From NCBI GenBank assembly GCA_012295275.1, contig CM022679.1, positions 16,244,001 through 16,308,000 on the forward strand: a stretch of 64,000 bases of DNA. Reading direction: 5' to 3'. The translations under genes and the position numbers were made by a program. Below the pieces are notes generated by a model. The model saw nothing but the letters and a program-made list of their open reading frames with translations. It was not told the DNA's origin and did no database searches. Within the stretch, counting starts at the first letter, position 1. Each line of letters begins with the position of its first letter. The DNA is from Chrysomallon squamiferum (Eukaryota; Animalia; Mollusca). Shown here piece after piece: positions 47,001-60,739 of this stretch.

Positions 47001-48651
47001 TTTGTCTTATAACACTGAAATTTATCCAGATACTATGGAGAGTGGTAAATTTGTTACTGCTAGTAGTTCCATAGTCACCGTAGAATCCACTGATACTGCT
47101 GAAAGTGATTATTTGGACTTTGGTGAATTGGTGAATGCTGATAATTTGGGTGAAGCCACTGTGGTCAAAGAGAATGAAGATACCATCCTTCTCAACAACT
47201 GTCAACAGATAGGAAGTCCTTCTGCTTTTTCAATGAGAAGTAGGTCAAGTGGTGAGGAATCATTTGTTAGTGTCCCGGAGAGCCCAACAGTTGGTTCATT
47301 ACCAGAATCTGAACAGCATTCTTCTGATGTCTTAGCATCTACTGATGATCAGACAGAAGATTCAAAAGAAACAGTTGCTGAAGACACTACTGCTTCTGAA
47401 ATCAGCAAGACAGAATCACTGATTGATGATAATATAAATAATGATGAAGAATTGGTGAAAAATGAATTAGCTGAAAAAGACTTTCTTGAGGATAATGACG
47501 AATTTGGAGAGTTTGTATCTGTACCAGTTGAAGATCCTCATTTAGTGACTCTGGCAAAACCCAGTGAAGAAGAAAATATCAGCAAGCTGGCACCTGAAAC
47601 TAACAATGAAAATGAATTTAATTCATTGAATAAATCAGCACCCTTGGCAGCCATGGACATTTCTGAAGATGAACCAACAGCGAAAGGAATGATATTGTCT
47701 CCTGATGAGAAGGTAGGTACTTGTGTTGAATTTGTTAACAATGATAATGATGATGAAAATAATACCTCATCATCTGATTCTGAGGATGATTCATCATCAG
47801 ACAGTGGAAAATCATATATCTGTGATAATAATGATCTTGATTCTGAAATAGCAAATGGAGAGTTGTGTGTTAGTAATAATGCATTTTGTGACAATAATAG
47901 CAGTGGTGCTGTTGATGAAAATGCTGATGACCAGGATGAAGATCATCAGGAAGAGCATGGTGACAAAGATCTGGAACTTGTCAGTGAAATGTATCTTTCA
48001 AAAGGAGTTGTGTCACCACAAGCTTTTGAAAGGTCACTTCTACCTCTTGAAACCATTCCAGAAGATGCACAGACTGTCTCAGACACTAGTTCAATGGAGA
48101 CAAAGTTTGATGATGTATTCTCTTCCCAGGACAATTTTGAGTGGGATGACTTCATGGGTGAAGAACTTGTAGGAAAAGACAAACTTGGTGAAAGTTTGGC
48201 TAAAGCCAGTTTGGAAATCTCTGACTGGAGGCTTGATTCTGCTAGTTTCCACAGCAACACTAGTCTCGGGAATTCTTCAGATGATGTGATTAAAAACAAA
48301 GGATTGGAGAAGGAAAACACAGCAGATATTGTAGAATCAGTTCAATCTGAGAATGAGGTAAAGAATCATAGGTTTCAGACACAACACCCACGCATTGCCA
48401 ATTTATCAATTAATCGTTATTCTGTACCCTCTTACTCTCATGTTAGTGCAGATTCAAACCAGTTTTATTCACTTTTAGAAAGTTTAGATTTAGAAAATGA
48501 ATCACCTCCAAAAGACAGTAATGATGGTTTGTCAAGACAGTCAGCTGATAGTATTTTCTCCACGGTTACTCCTATTGTTGTTGCCAAATCACTTTCATCA
48601 TCTGATGTTGCTAGTTTCAGTCATGTGCATGACAGTGAGACAGATGTTTAA
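40941..48651 (+). CDS. AATK: AATK/LMTK (lemur tyrosine kinase family) transmembrane kinase-like protein, 10 coding exons, 1102 aa
   Basis: Exons 40941-41042, 41604-41814, 42248-42318, 42616-42743, 43226-43313, 43536-43666, 43883-43967, 44387-44505, 45687-45836 and 46428-48651, with consistent phases. N-terminal TM with Cys cluster, LTYLKEIGSGWFGQ, VVVK, KVGDYG, DDYY..LPVRWMAPE, ANIW, YEVMQFCW and a long acidic tail are LMTK-family hallmarks. Confidence 0.92.
41604..41814 (+). CDS. AATK: LMTK coding exon 2 (juxtamembrane)
   Basis: HFKDEEDGNRVESRTNAGYFPETD...EVQIEPLPDILV...; A|gttagt, phase 1. Confidence 0.85.
42248..42318 (+). CDS. AATK: LMTK coding exon 3 (Gly loop)
   Basis: SHRSFPRRQLTYLKEIGSGWFGQ. 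Confidence 0.93.
42616..42743 (+). CDS. AATK: LMTK coding exon 4 (beta3 Lys, alphaC)
   Basis: IIESDAEMIILGVARSRVVVKILKDECTKSEQKIFHEDIAPFR. Confidence 0.92.
43226..43313 (+). CDS. AATK: LMTK coding exon 5
   Basis: ELEHGNVLRMLGQCTETTPVLAIFEFAQM. Confidence 0.92.
43536..43666 (+). CDS. AATK: LMTK coding exon 6
   Basis: GDLKTYLKKQKLEDNKLPYHQFLKFAIDAASGMACLHRHGYVH. Confidence 0.93.
43883..43967 (+). CDS. AATK: LMTK coding exon 7 (catalytic loop, DYG)
   Basis: (H)DFAARSCLVFSDLIVKVGDYGITEEQFP. Confidence 0.93.
44387..44505 (+). CDS. AATK: LMTK coding exon 8 (activation segment)
   Basis: DDYYISHQEMLPVRWMAPESLSHQADIWQTAVITKEANIW. Confidence 0.93.
44607..45274 (+). mobile_element. Tigger/pogo (Tc1-mariner superfamily) internally deleted element in an LMTK intron, 668 bp
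   Basis: TA|CACTGGTACCTTGAGTTACGAG ... CTCATAAGTCAAGGCACCATTG|TA (TIRs and TA TSD). Disrupted CENP-B-type N-terminal HTH remnant PKKVNAKGSAEKKKWMVSIELVLEFIEKHEQG...QYERSTSTICTILKQKELVKA at ~44810-45020. Confidence 0.88.
45687..45836 (+). CDS. AATK: LMTK coding exon 9
   Basis: CFGILLWEVLSYAAQPYTDLTDDMVLQLVVEDKVVKLCKPDLDILFLDRL. Confidence 0.93.
46428..48651 (+). CDS. AATK: LMTK large exon (kinase end plus acidic disordered tail)
   Basis: tacttag|T TAT GAA GTA ATG, in frame with the 737-aa ORF 46438..48651; YEVMQFCWLNPGQRPT...FETRWN. Confidence 0.93.
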
Positions 48652-49650
48652 AGGGATGACAAGAAATAACTAACAGCAAGGTATGACTGTTTTATTGGTT
48701 CTCAAACTGGCTTGTTTGGTGTTGTAATCACTCGGTTGTTAAATGTTCTGTTGCACAGGGTGTTTAGAAATAGTTTATTTCTTTTCATTCTTTTGTTTGT
48801 TGTATTTTTCTTCTTAAATAATCTTTTTTATTCTGAATTAACATTTTTATAACTTGCCAGTAAAAAAAAAAAAAAAAAACATTGATATTAATTTAACAAC
48901 ATAACACAGGAGATAAAAACTGTTTAAGAAAACCCCCAAAAAATCAACTTTTCCCTAGTAAATAAATATATGAAAAAATACTCCTATTATAAGAATTATA
49001 AAATAGTTTAAAAATATATTGTAGACTTCTATTAAGAGAATGTAACAGAGACAGTTTATCTACAGTATATTAATACTGAAAACTGAATTATTAAATTATT
49101 AAAAACAAAGAGTATGTAGACTATTTTATAATTATCAACAGAATTTCAGATGATCAAGTAACATGTTCAGTTTAAAAAAATAAATAAATATCTGTTTGAA
49201 TAGCAGTGAATTTAGCTGATCTTCTTCTAATTGATGCTTCTATTAAAATAAGTTGATAAATCTGCAATATGTTTTCAGTCCTTAATAGTCTTTGTTAAAT
49301 TTCTGTTTACATATTATCTTTCACCTACTGACAGATTTATTTGGGTTTTCTCCCTTCAGTAATATTTTTAAAAAAAATAAAAATTTATGAGTCTCATCTT
49401 TAAATCAGTCAATTTAATTTAAATGCCAGTAATTTTGTTATTTATTTAAAATTTGTTGGGTAATTTAAAAAAAAAATATATATATATATTGTTTACTTAT
49501 TTATTTCATTTTATTATTATATATTTTTAAATGATTTCCTGTGCCACTACTTTTTGATTGCCTCAATTATTATAATGCTAGGAACTGATATCATTTTTGG
49601 AAAAAGTGATTTAATATATCATTTTATAATGTAAACAAATTTTGTTTTTA

Positions 49651-49711
<61 letters not shown>
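49651..49711. repeat. (AAT)n microsatellite
   Basis: Directly visible. Confidence 0.95.
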
Positions 49712-49717
<6 letters not shown>

Positions 49718-52700
49718 CAAATAAAGAAAGAAAGAAAATAAATTTTAAAATGACAAGTAAATAAATAAATATCTCTGTTTTATCATTTATAAAGTTTTGT
49801 ATAACATATATATTCTCTAACATCACTGATAATATATCAATCATAATAATTGACAGTTTGTATAATTTGTTTATCACATTAGTATATGATCAGCTAAAGA
49901 ACAGGTACTTTTTTATTTTTCTGGCTTACATGCTAGAAGTTGACATGGGATTATTTTCTAATTATCAGAGTGGGTTTGAACAAGTAAATAAAAACTGGCT
50001 TTAAGTTTCATTTTTAAGCATTCAAATAAAAATTATTATTATTATTATTATTATTTTTTTTTTTTTTGGTTTGTTTGTTTGCTCTGCATGATTATTAACT
50101 GTTCATTGTTGTTTTTTTTTTTTTCCTTTTATATATAGATATATTATGAATTTGGTTCTATATGTGTGTAACTATAAACTGTACCAAAATCAAAGATAGT
50201 TTTGTTTTGTTTCTTATAATATGAGAGAACACAATAATTTATTTATTCATTTATATAATTATATATATAATTATTATTTTATTTTGCATGCCTTTCTGTT
50301 ATGTATAATTTTGTGAGTTTGTATTAATGAATAGAATGAAACCTTTTCAGTGTTCACTCATAAATATTTTATTAAATTATTTCTTCCTCTCTAAATGAAA
50401 GAAAAAATTTGAACTGTAAAGAAATAGCAAGTTCATTTTCAGACAGAGTCAGCAGAAAAAGTAGTGATGGTATTTATTAATGAATTTATAGATTTCATTA
50501 ATGTTAATGCATTAATCTCAGTTTTTAGCCATAAAATGGTAAGTTAATAACCATATACAAGAACATGGAATAAATTACTTAACCATCTCAAGATCAGTTT
50601 TATGATACAAGCAGCTTCAGTTTATCTCTCATGCTTTTAACTGTTAATGGAAATTGCAATTGTTTTTACAATTTCTTATTATTTGTTTTGTTTTATTTTT
50701 TTATTTTTTTATATTCTATATATATATATATGAAGTATAATTATTTGAATATTTGGAGAAAACAAATTCAGCTGCTTATTTATTATGTTTAATGAAGCAT
50801 TCAAGACCACCACCATTTGCGTCAAAATTTTTTTTTTTTTAATTGTTTGTCAGTTCATAGTTGGACTAAAATAATTGTAAAATGAAAACCAGGAAGTTTG
50901 AGTCACATGACTGGACAAGTATTTAAGGCCTACGTGCCAGGCTTGAAGGAAAGTAACCTGTTTTATGTTATTGGAGCACACTATAGTGTGGTGGTTTACA
51001 TTGTTAGCCATTTCTCAGTTCAGAGTGTGCCTGTTACTCCAGAAAGAAAACTATATCAGATAAAATAGAGAGAAAAATATATTATTATGGAATTATAATA
51101 ACTAATTCACTTTTTTGATAATTAACTAACTTTTTATTCATACATACATGATATATATATATATATATATAATGGCTCAAGTATCCACTATCACCATACA
51201 GATAAGTTAAGTAACATCCATTTTTTTTCTTTTTCGTAAGGTTTATTATTTCTGTTTAGCAGCTGCTAAAGTAGCTTAATTATTCTTTATTTCACTATAA
51301 TTCCTAATTGTTCACTCCAGAATATTGTTTTTACTGTCTTTCAGTTAATTATTACTTGCTACAGGTTATGTATAATCAGTAAAGATTAAAAGCTGATAAT
51401 TATAACTTAACTGTTACAAATTATTTTGTGTATTGTAAACTAATATACTTTTTAAAAAGTCTTTTAACTGAGAAAATTAATAAATTTTTGAAAATTTATA
51501 TATTGAGAAGATGTATTTATTTTACAAATAAAGCTATAATGTGCTATTTAGCAAAATTCAAGGCTCACCTACAGAATCTTTTCAGTTTAAATTTTGTTTT
51601 ATTTTATTGATTTATTCAACAGCTTTACACAAAACAATAATAATTTCAAGTAAAAAACAATATTTTACATATTATAATATAAATTTAAATTTAAATTTAA
51701 AGTACATAAAATAATCCTCAAAATAGAAAATATAGCAATCATAGTTACTAGGTTTGTTGAAAGGAAGCATCTGAAGTTTACTTGGGTGGATGTGCATGGT
51801 GAAGGGATATTAGTTTCTCCATATCAGGCTATAAGGCAATAAAAATAAGTCTTTGATCCTGTGTTCAGTAATTTTCAAGTTGTTTCTGTGCTTGGTTTTG
51901 ATGCCACTTTGCCATCTCCCTACTGTCCCCCTAGATCTTTTCAGCACCCCCAGGGGAATGATACCATCTAGTCTGGGAATTACTGATATAGATTATTGGC
52001 TAAGGCATGGTTCATTACAGGATCAGTCATTTCCAATGCTTCTGAAAAAGCTATATACTGATTAAGCCAGAACTCTGTCACTGGCTTAATAAAAGCTGTC
52101 CTACCTGTGAGAAGGTGCTTATTGAAAAAAAAAAAAACCGTTGCTCCTCATTATATAGTCACAGTAGATTTCCTTTTTCATTACCTGTAAGGTCCTGATA
52201 TATAACTATGATGTGCCATAACCATAGATTGAGTTCATAATTAAACAAAGCATTTCTTCTTTTCAAAATTTACTTATGAGGTGTATTATTAGAATATTTG
52301 TTATAATAAAAACAAGCTGGTGATAAGAACCAAACATTATCTTATTAATCTCATTTGGAGTCATTTAACATTTTTATTTTGTAAAACCATTATTTTACTA
52401 ACTGTATTAATATTTCTTTGTTAACAAATACCTTAACCAATGGGACATGCTGTGTATTTTGTTTGTTTGTTTTTTTTTTTTTTTTCGCTTCCATTTTACA
52501 GTCTGCAAAGATTAAATGATATATAAGTAAATCAAATAAAAATTTGACATATTTTTTATGTCACTGTTAATAATCAGTTACACTGAACAATTTCAGTTTT
52601 TATATAAGACTGTTTGCCACCTTTTTCTCAGCTGAAATAACTTTAAAAAAAATACAGCCATATATACTTGTAATAATTACATTATAATTAATTATGGTAA

Positions 52701-54918
52701 CTATAACATGTTTGTACATGACAGTTTTCATCTTGATATAAATCTCTATATGCAGAAATAATTAAAAACAACATTAGGGTATATTTAACAAGTACAGGAA
52801 TGAATGTTTTTGTATTACTTATTTGAAATTCATATATTTGGTTATTTACAACTGTTACTACAGAGATAACCCAGGGTAATTGTGTTTATTTTCAGGGTCC
52901 AGAATAATGTACCAGCTGACCTTTCAACTCTCATTAATTTGTGGATGTGATTCAGCTACAGTTTTGAGTTGTGGAAGCCTACCATCAAGTCTTGTTACAC
53001 ACTGGCAGCTGATAGTCAGGACAAACAGTATCCAGTATCAGTATTTCATGACAGCTAGATTGAGATAAACAGTTGTATGTGTATAATGCTATCAGTATGT
53101 AATGATAACACATAATAGTAGATTCAGTCTGTTTAGATAAAATTAAATGTGTCAGGAAACTTAGGTCAGGTTAGTTATCAGATGTTTTGTTGGATGTTCT
53201 AAACCATAATTGTTTTTGTTATCCTGAATGTTTAGCTTTTTAAAAAGTTTGTTAGACAAATTTCAGACAGTTAACTTTTTAACAAAAAAAATAATATATA
53301 ACAAAAAAAAAATAAAAGAATAGAATAAATAAAATGGTGGAAAAATGGTGTCCACAAAATAATAAATTTCAGTTTTAGAGTTAAATGTTTCCAATTTTGA
53401 ATTTGCAAATTAAAAAATATATACATTCCTTCTCATATACACTTGATTTGTTTGATTACATGAACTGGCAAAAACAGGAGACAAAATCAGAAGTTACACA
53501 ACAAACAGATGCAAGGAAACATATGACATGTGTATGTACATAATTATGCATGCAATCACACCCAATTAATATTATAATTTTCTTTTCTTCTCCTTTTTTC
53601 TTTTTTTTTCTTTTCTTTTTTAAAAATTATATTTAAATTATTAATAAAAATCAGTGACATTTTTCTTTTATTTAATAGTTTTCAAAACATGCTTGATTTG
53701 ATTTATACATATCATAAACATTATATTAATCAGAATAGTGTGTGTGCATGTTTTGAGAGACATAATTGCTACCTATTTTAATATATTTTAATGTTTTTAC
53801 AAACTGTGTTGTTTCTTATTCTGTTGTGTTTAATAGTTTTTGAAGTGTTATTTTGAAAGCTATAGGGATCCTACAGTTAAAGGCTTTATTTGCCCTGTGA
53901 CAAAACTGAAGATATTTTTATATAAGTATCATATACTTATACAGCTTTAAAAATTCTTTGTATAATTTGGATATAAAATATATGGATTTGTACATCTAGT
54001 TACTTATACAAACAGAGATTCAAACAGATAAATAAGAAATAATGATTGTGTGTATATCTGTTTTACAGCATTACAAATCAGCACATAACAACTGCTTGGT
54101 TTTTTTTTTAATCATAAAGATTTACATTTCACCAATGTATAAACAAAAATTTTAACTAATCAAAGTTTTGTTTCATTAATTAATTAAATTAATTGTGTAT
54201 TTATACTTGTGAAATTAATACACACAGTACAAAATATTTTCTGTTTTGGCATATCCATCTACAACTTACATTAGGCTAAAGTGTTACTTAACACTGTAAG
54301 TTGCTGCATAACCAGGACTGCTTATGGCCAGAAACATTCATAAACAAGTCACTTTGAAATCTCTTTTTGACATCATATATTTCACTTAACCTGTTTTTAA
54401 ATGAATAATAAATAAGAAGAACTGTTAGGTAATGTAATAGGTCATAAATCTTGTGTACATCATAATTATTTTTAAAGATTGTAATGTTTACCTATAGGTA
54501 AGCAGATGACTAATTTTAACAGATTAAGAATAAGTTTCAAATTTTATGATTTAAATTGTTATGAATTTTAAACTAATTAATTAAAAACAGAAATGAAACA
54601 TCTAAAAAACAAAACAAATTATACCGAGAGTTCGTTTATCTAGTTTTAAAATTACAGAGAGAAAACAAAATTGTAATATTTTAATAATTCCCTGTTAACA
54701 AAATATTTTATATTATTATTAAATCTACTATAGTATATTTAAGCATGCTAAATATAATAAATTATTACAAAATGAAGTTCTGAACATCTTCATCTCATTC
54801 ATAACAATCTTGACATATATTAACATTATCAGAGAGAAAATATTCAGTAGCTATGATTGTGCACTTTTATACTATGTATATTATCTATTGAATAATTATA
54901 GAATTGCAATTTTTCAAT

Positions 54919-54932
54919 GAGAGAGAGAGAGA

Positions 54933-54973
<41 letters not shown>
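54919..54973. repeat. (GA)n(GT)n compound microsatellite
   Basis: Directly visible. Confidence 0.95.
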
Positions 54974-54974
<1 letters not shown>

Positions 54975-55711
54975 AAACCTGCATATGTGTGTTATATTTA
55001 TTTTTGTAAACATTTATTTTTAATTTAAAGGTGGGTTTTTTTCAGTTTAATAATTTAGCATATTTTCTACAATGACTGCACTTAAGTTACAAAGGAAGAA
55101 ACCACAGTGTGTTTGGTTTGTGATAAAAAGAATGGTTTAATTCTTTTGTGAATAAAAACTTTTCTTTTTAAAGTTAAGTCTTTAGGATATTACACTCTAA
55201 ATTTATTTATTTGTATTTATGGAGCTGTCAACTGATTATCTGTTCCTTATTTCAAATTCAGTCATCCATTACATGTTTGTTTGTCTCCTTCCATTTCAAG
55301 TGTCATTTGTTAGTATTAGCTTCCTGAACGTTACTGTTTTTATTACAAATACAGTTGTTAAAATATGGTGAAAAATTGCATGAAATAATACATGTTAATC
55401 ATATTAGTTTTACAATTTCTTTTTTTGTGTTTGTGTGTGTGTGTGAGGGATGGTTTCGTTTGTGCCCATGACAAGCATACTTGACCAGATCTCTAATGGA
55501 ATAGTCCTGAAAATCCCTATACCCACCCTTTTTTTCAGTGTTTAAAATTAACAGAACCAATTTAAAAAAACAAAAATGTTATTATTATTTTGTTATTATC
55601 TTTTTTTTTTATCTGTTTATATTTTATTTTTCATATGCTGATATTTTATTGGTTGTGTTATGCTTTGTCAGTATTTTTATCATTATAATACTTTACATAT
55701 TTATACATATC

Positions 55712-55746
<35 letters not shown>

Positions 55747-56134
55747 TATTTCTTAATATTCATCAAACTATAAACACTCATTCAACTGTACATAAAATTT
55801 AAATAAAGAGAACTTAACAATTAGATTGTGTAATTGCACCACAGCTCATAGCTACATCTAGGTCACATTACATGTAATTTGAAGAATAGAGTACAATACA
55901 TTTCATTGTTAATGTTTGTTTCCTGTGGCTTATGTTAGTGATGCAAAATGATACTTTGTGTTTTATGTGCAATAATAGTGTTGTGGAGAATATTATTCAA
56001 ATATTATTATTGTTATTTTTTTATTTACTTTTTATTGTTTTTGGCAGTCTCACTTTATTATTTTGACAGTCCACAAGTTTGTTTTGACATGTCTCTGAAT
56101 AATAACGAAAATGTAGTTAGGTATATTGATGGAA

Positions 56135-56565
56135 GGTTAGAGTATTTAGACTGCTGATCTCTTTTGAATGATACAGGGACAAATAAATAAGAATATTTAA
56201 ATAGTTTAATTTGAAAGTTAGCAATAAAAAAGAGCATTTAAGTAGTTGATGTGTTTTTGACAAATAGATACAATATTTAAATTATTGACTTAATTTTAAA
56301 GATAGTGATGAAATGACAGCATTTACATAATTTATTCAGGGAATAAAAATATAATTGTTAAGAGAAGTTAGAATATTTTTGTAGTTGTTCTAGTTTAGTT
56401 GATATAGTGGTTCTAGTTTTAAGTTATATACTCATGAAAAGAGAGCCTTTAAATAGTTGATTTAGTTGAGTTTTATGTGGATTAAAAGATAGAGCATTTA
56501 AATAACTGGTTTAATTCAAGTGATTTATTGATGAAAAGAGTGCAGTTAAATACTTGACTTTTATA
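56135..56565. repeat. Highly degenerate tandem repeat, roughly 40-70-bp spacing
   Basis: A core resembling agagcatttaaatagttga recurs near 56139, 56190, 56231, 56270, 56317, 56370, 56441, 56491 and 56539. Confidence 0.55.
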
Positions 56566-58940
56566 AAGACGAAATCCAAACTTGCCATATTATTAGCTTT
56601 ATGTTTTGATTTGATTTTTTGTACACCCTAAGAGTATGGTATATATTTGGGGGGGTTGTTTCATAATTAGCTTGTTTATAAAATTTCTTCATTTATTGTT
56701 TCTTGGGGATGTTGCTTTTTCTCCCTATATTATTGCCAAAATTTGAAATTCAGAATTTTTAAAGTATTCCTTTCTCAAAGATGGTTATTGGAATTTTCTT
56801 ATTACCACTTTCATAAATTTCATTATTAACATGATAAAATACACAGTTACATTTCAAAATAAATAATTTAATATAACTGAATTGCTGAATAAGAAATAAT
56901 TATTATTTGCAGTTTTAAATGAAGTATAAATGAATGTTACAAATATGAATGGTTTCAGGATTACAAATACTAACAAAAAAAGAAATAAAATAAGCATAGT
57001 GTATATATATATAGTTTTATGTGACTCAGAACTTTGTGTGACAAGTGTAATTCATAATTTTTATTTTTGTCAGTTAAATTCATATATATGTTTTAATCAG
57101 ATTTACATTTTCTATTTTGTCAGTGATTGAAGTTCTATTGAAATCATATAAAATGTCTGTTAAGATTAAAAACATGTTTTTACTTTTGTGATATTTCAAG
57201 TCTCCAGAAACAAAAGTATTTTTGTGACAGTATATTATTCCATTCCAGTTTTCCTGTACACCCAGTCCTTACTTGATCATTTTGTTTGGTTTTGTTATAC
57301 AGGCAATTTTCATCTGTCAGTGACTGTTGTTTTTTGTTTTGACTTGACCAGTTCATTTTAAGACCTAGAAGCCATCATAAAAGAATTACAAATAGTAGAT
57401 CATCTTGTTTCATTTATGTTATTTATTATGTCTATCCTGATCCTGAAACTATCATACTAAAACAAATAATAACAATATCAATAATAATATCAATAATAAT
57501 AATAATAATAATAAATAATAATAATTAATAATGATGATGATGATGATAAAGATAAGAATATCCATTTCTGAATGAGATAGGTGATCATCATTCCAGTCTT
57601 GATGACTTCTCACCAACTTCCCACCTATATTCTTTCTTACACACCCATCTTCTCTCCACCCACCTGCTTGCTGCTACTTACCCACCCATCCATATTTTTT
57701 TTTCTTCACCTCATCTTTGCTGTCACTTCATTTGTCCCTCCTTTGCATCAGTGACTGGCATAACTAGTGTTAGTCTTAAAGAGAGACATTTAATTAACAT
57801 GGTTTTCTGTTGTCGTTTTATTTTATAAGAACTGGGTGTATTTGTTTTGTCATCACTCGGGTCTTGAGAACATCTTTTTCTTCTTTTTTTTTTTCTTTTT
57901 TTTCTTTTTTTCATGTTTGAAATATTAAAAAAGATGAAAGGAATTTTGTTTAGAAGACCTGTGTAATGGTAAAAAACATCTCAACTTAAAATGTTCTAAA
58001 AATGAAACCCAGGTGAATAATAAAAAAAAAAACATTAATTGTAGAAATTTGATGTATTTTAAAATGTTGTTTATAATAATTAACTTATTTATTATAATAT
58101 ATAACCTTTGTTATCATAATCTGAGATGTATGTATTACACCATATGAACCTAATAAATTATTACATAGTTAGCAAGACTTGTTTTGTTTGTTTTACAAAT
58201 CAAACACTGTTCAGTATTTTAAATGTATATAATATTTATTCAAAATTTTTTCACAGAATCAGAATGAGAGTAAATAAATAAATGAGGATGTAATAAAGAT
58301 AGTACTATGTGATGATCCTTAGTTAAAACATACACATAAAATGTTTAAAAAGTATTTTAGTTTATCACAAATTTAAATATTGAAATGTATTGTTACATTA
58401 CAATGTAATAATGGCTTACAAAATACATGCAGAAGTAGAAGCCATTTCATGTGGACTTCATTCATTAAAAGGAAAATATGTGTGTGTGTGTGTGTAAAGC
58501 CAATCAGGTGTTTTTATGAAAAGGTAAACTACACATTACTTAAAACACTATTTTATCTTGTAACTTTATAATATCAGGATTGACTGCCGAAAACAAAGAG
58601 GATTAGTCCAACAAATCTTTAATACTGACAAAATAACATTAACAGGTAAATCTATACATCCTAAAATGCTTGTGCTATTTATATTAACTGAACTGTAGTA
58701 AACTAGAGCACTTCTTAAAGCTCTATTTTATATTCCATCCACTGCCCCAAGATTAACTGATAAAAGTCAAGAGAAGTTTTTTTTTATTTTTTTTTTTTTT
58801 TTTTTTTTATTTTTTTTTTTTTTTTAATGAGGGAAAAAGCAGTGAACCAAGTTAAGAGTATCTACAGGCCACATTACGATTTGCATGGATGATTTTTTTT
58901 CCCTTATATACAAATAGATAATAATAAATGAAATTAATTA

Positions 58941-58943
<3 letters not shown>

Positions 58944-58985
<42 letters not shown>

Positions 58986-59011
58986 TAAAAAATAATAATG
59001 ATAATAATAAT
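58944..59011. repeat. (AAT)n microsatellite
   Basis: Directly visible. Confidence 0.9.
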
Positions 59012-60739
59012 CGAACAGTTAAATTATAACAGATTTTAATAAACATTAAAAGTGCAACATTTTTTTAACTCAATCAAAAAGTATTGAAGAAAGAGAAAAA
59101 TTATAACAATATGGATTAGAATGCTGCTCAACTTTAAATCTAGAGTTTCTGTACACAAAAGGACAGAACCAGTCATCGACAACTGAAAACGTTGGTTCAC
59201 ACAGCGATAAATGTGTTTTGAGGATGTTGAACATTCGTTGTATATGGAGGTAATTAGTATTTAGTTAAATGAACCAAAGTATCTTACATTTCAGATAAAA
59301 CTATTTTAACCTGAACACCGTATTGTACTGAACGCTGGTAATCAGTCACGTGACGTTTGACCTTTCACTAACGTGTCAGTAAGCCGATAAACTGAAATTT
59401 AGTGTGTGTGTGTGTGTGTGTGCAACTGAAACAGCATGTTCAGTTTAATCAAATATACACCTAAAATAAGTATAACTAGTTTAAGAAATATGTTAATAAA
59501 AGTAATTAATGTATCAAAGATTCATAAAGCGATACATCACAAAATGGTTATTAATCACAGATTATTTAGAAATAAAATTAACTGAATAATTAGTTATTAT
59601 TTAAGATTGGTCGCTATTATTTAAATTAGAATACCAAATTTCTTCGATGTAATAAAATATTTCTTCCCCGTAGTGGTTATGCCAATTGCGATATATAAAA
59701 CAAATAAAAGACATTAATACAGGAGCAAATATAACAGACGTGGATCCAGACTCAGTGCTACAGATTTTGTCATTACATCTGTGTGCCATGAATCAGAGTA
59801 TGAAGGCGTACACAGCAGTAAAATACATTTTTGAACCATTATATATACTCTAATTCTCATTTACATATAATCTGTATCTACATCAGTATTAGCCTATTCG
59901 TAGACTACCATAAAATCAGAAGTATCTGCAAATTATGTGCTATTAAGTTATTCCGTACAGTTACCTAAAACTACATCAATCAAGACTGTCAGAATAATCA
60001 CTTTAACGCAAATGCACTTGATTGATTCGTATTCTGCTATAACATCAGAAGCATATCTAAAATGATTTACTATTCATATAAACGTACCTGACTGGTTAAT
60101 TACTACTTTTATCTAACAGTCGTGTTTGTATGAAATTTAATTACAACGTCATAAATATATCAAAAAGACATGACTTCTGCAAAAAGGCGAAGATTGCTCT
60201 TTGAAACTAAATTGAAGAATCCACTTGTTTCTTAAACTCCATGTGATTAATTAGTGACTTCATAGATATTTTATTATTATTATTCATTTTGCTTTTATTT
60301 TAATTATTTTTTAAATCATTTACTTGTTATGTACCATCTCAGAATCAAATAGTTTCACAAGATTATTATTTTTATTTGTTTTAAATTCCGTTTATCACTC
60401 ACTAAATCGATATATCCGACAGAAATTAAGAGATTAGCCAAAGAAATATGAAAGAATTAACTTTTTTCTTCTGTTAGTACTTATTCCTTCTGTTTGATTC
60501 AAAAATACAGATACACGCTTCGACTGTTTTAAAACTCTTCTAAAACGGAACTTTTAACCATCAAATTCTTTCAACAGAACCAGCCGTACTTCAGAAAGTT
60601 GTCTTCGTCCTGAGCTTGCAGGCAAACAATTTCCAAGAAGTTTGCATGGAAAAAAGATCATATACGAAAACACTGTAGATAGATATCATCATCGCGTAGA
60701 TAAATAAAAGATCCGCAGAAGAGAATAGAGTGATGAATG

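Noticed and set aside
46428-48320. Antisense and alternative-frame ORFs of 70-124 aa over the LMTK large exon
   Set aside because: Shadow ORFs of a long, compositionally biased coding exon with no recognisable motifs
51780-51995. Possible hAT-type MITE fragment (ctgggaattactg followed by atatagat)
   Set aside because: Only one plausible terminus; no matching TIR or TSD found
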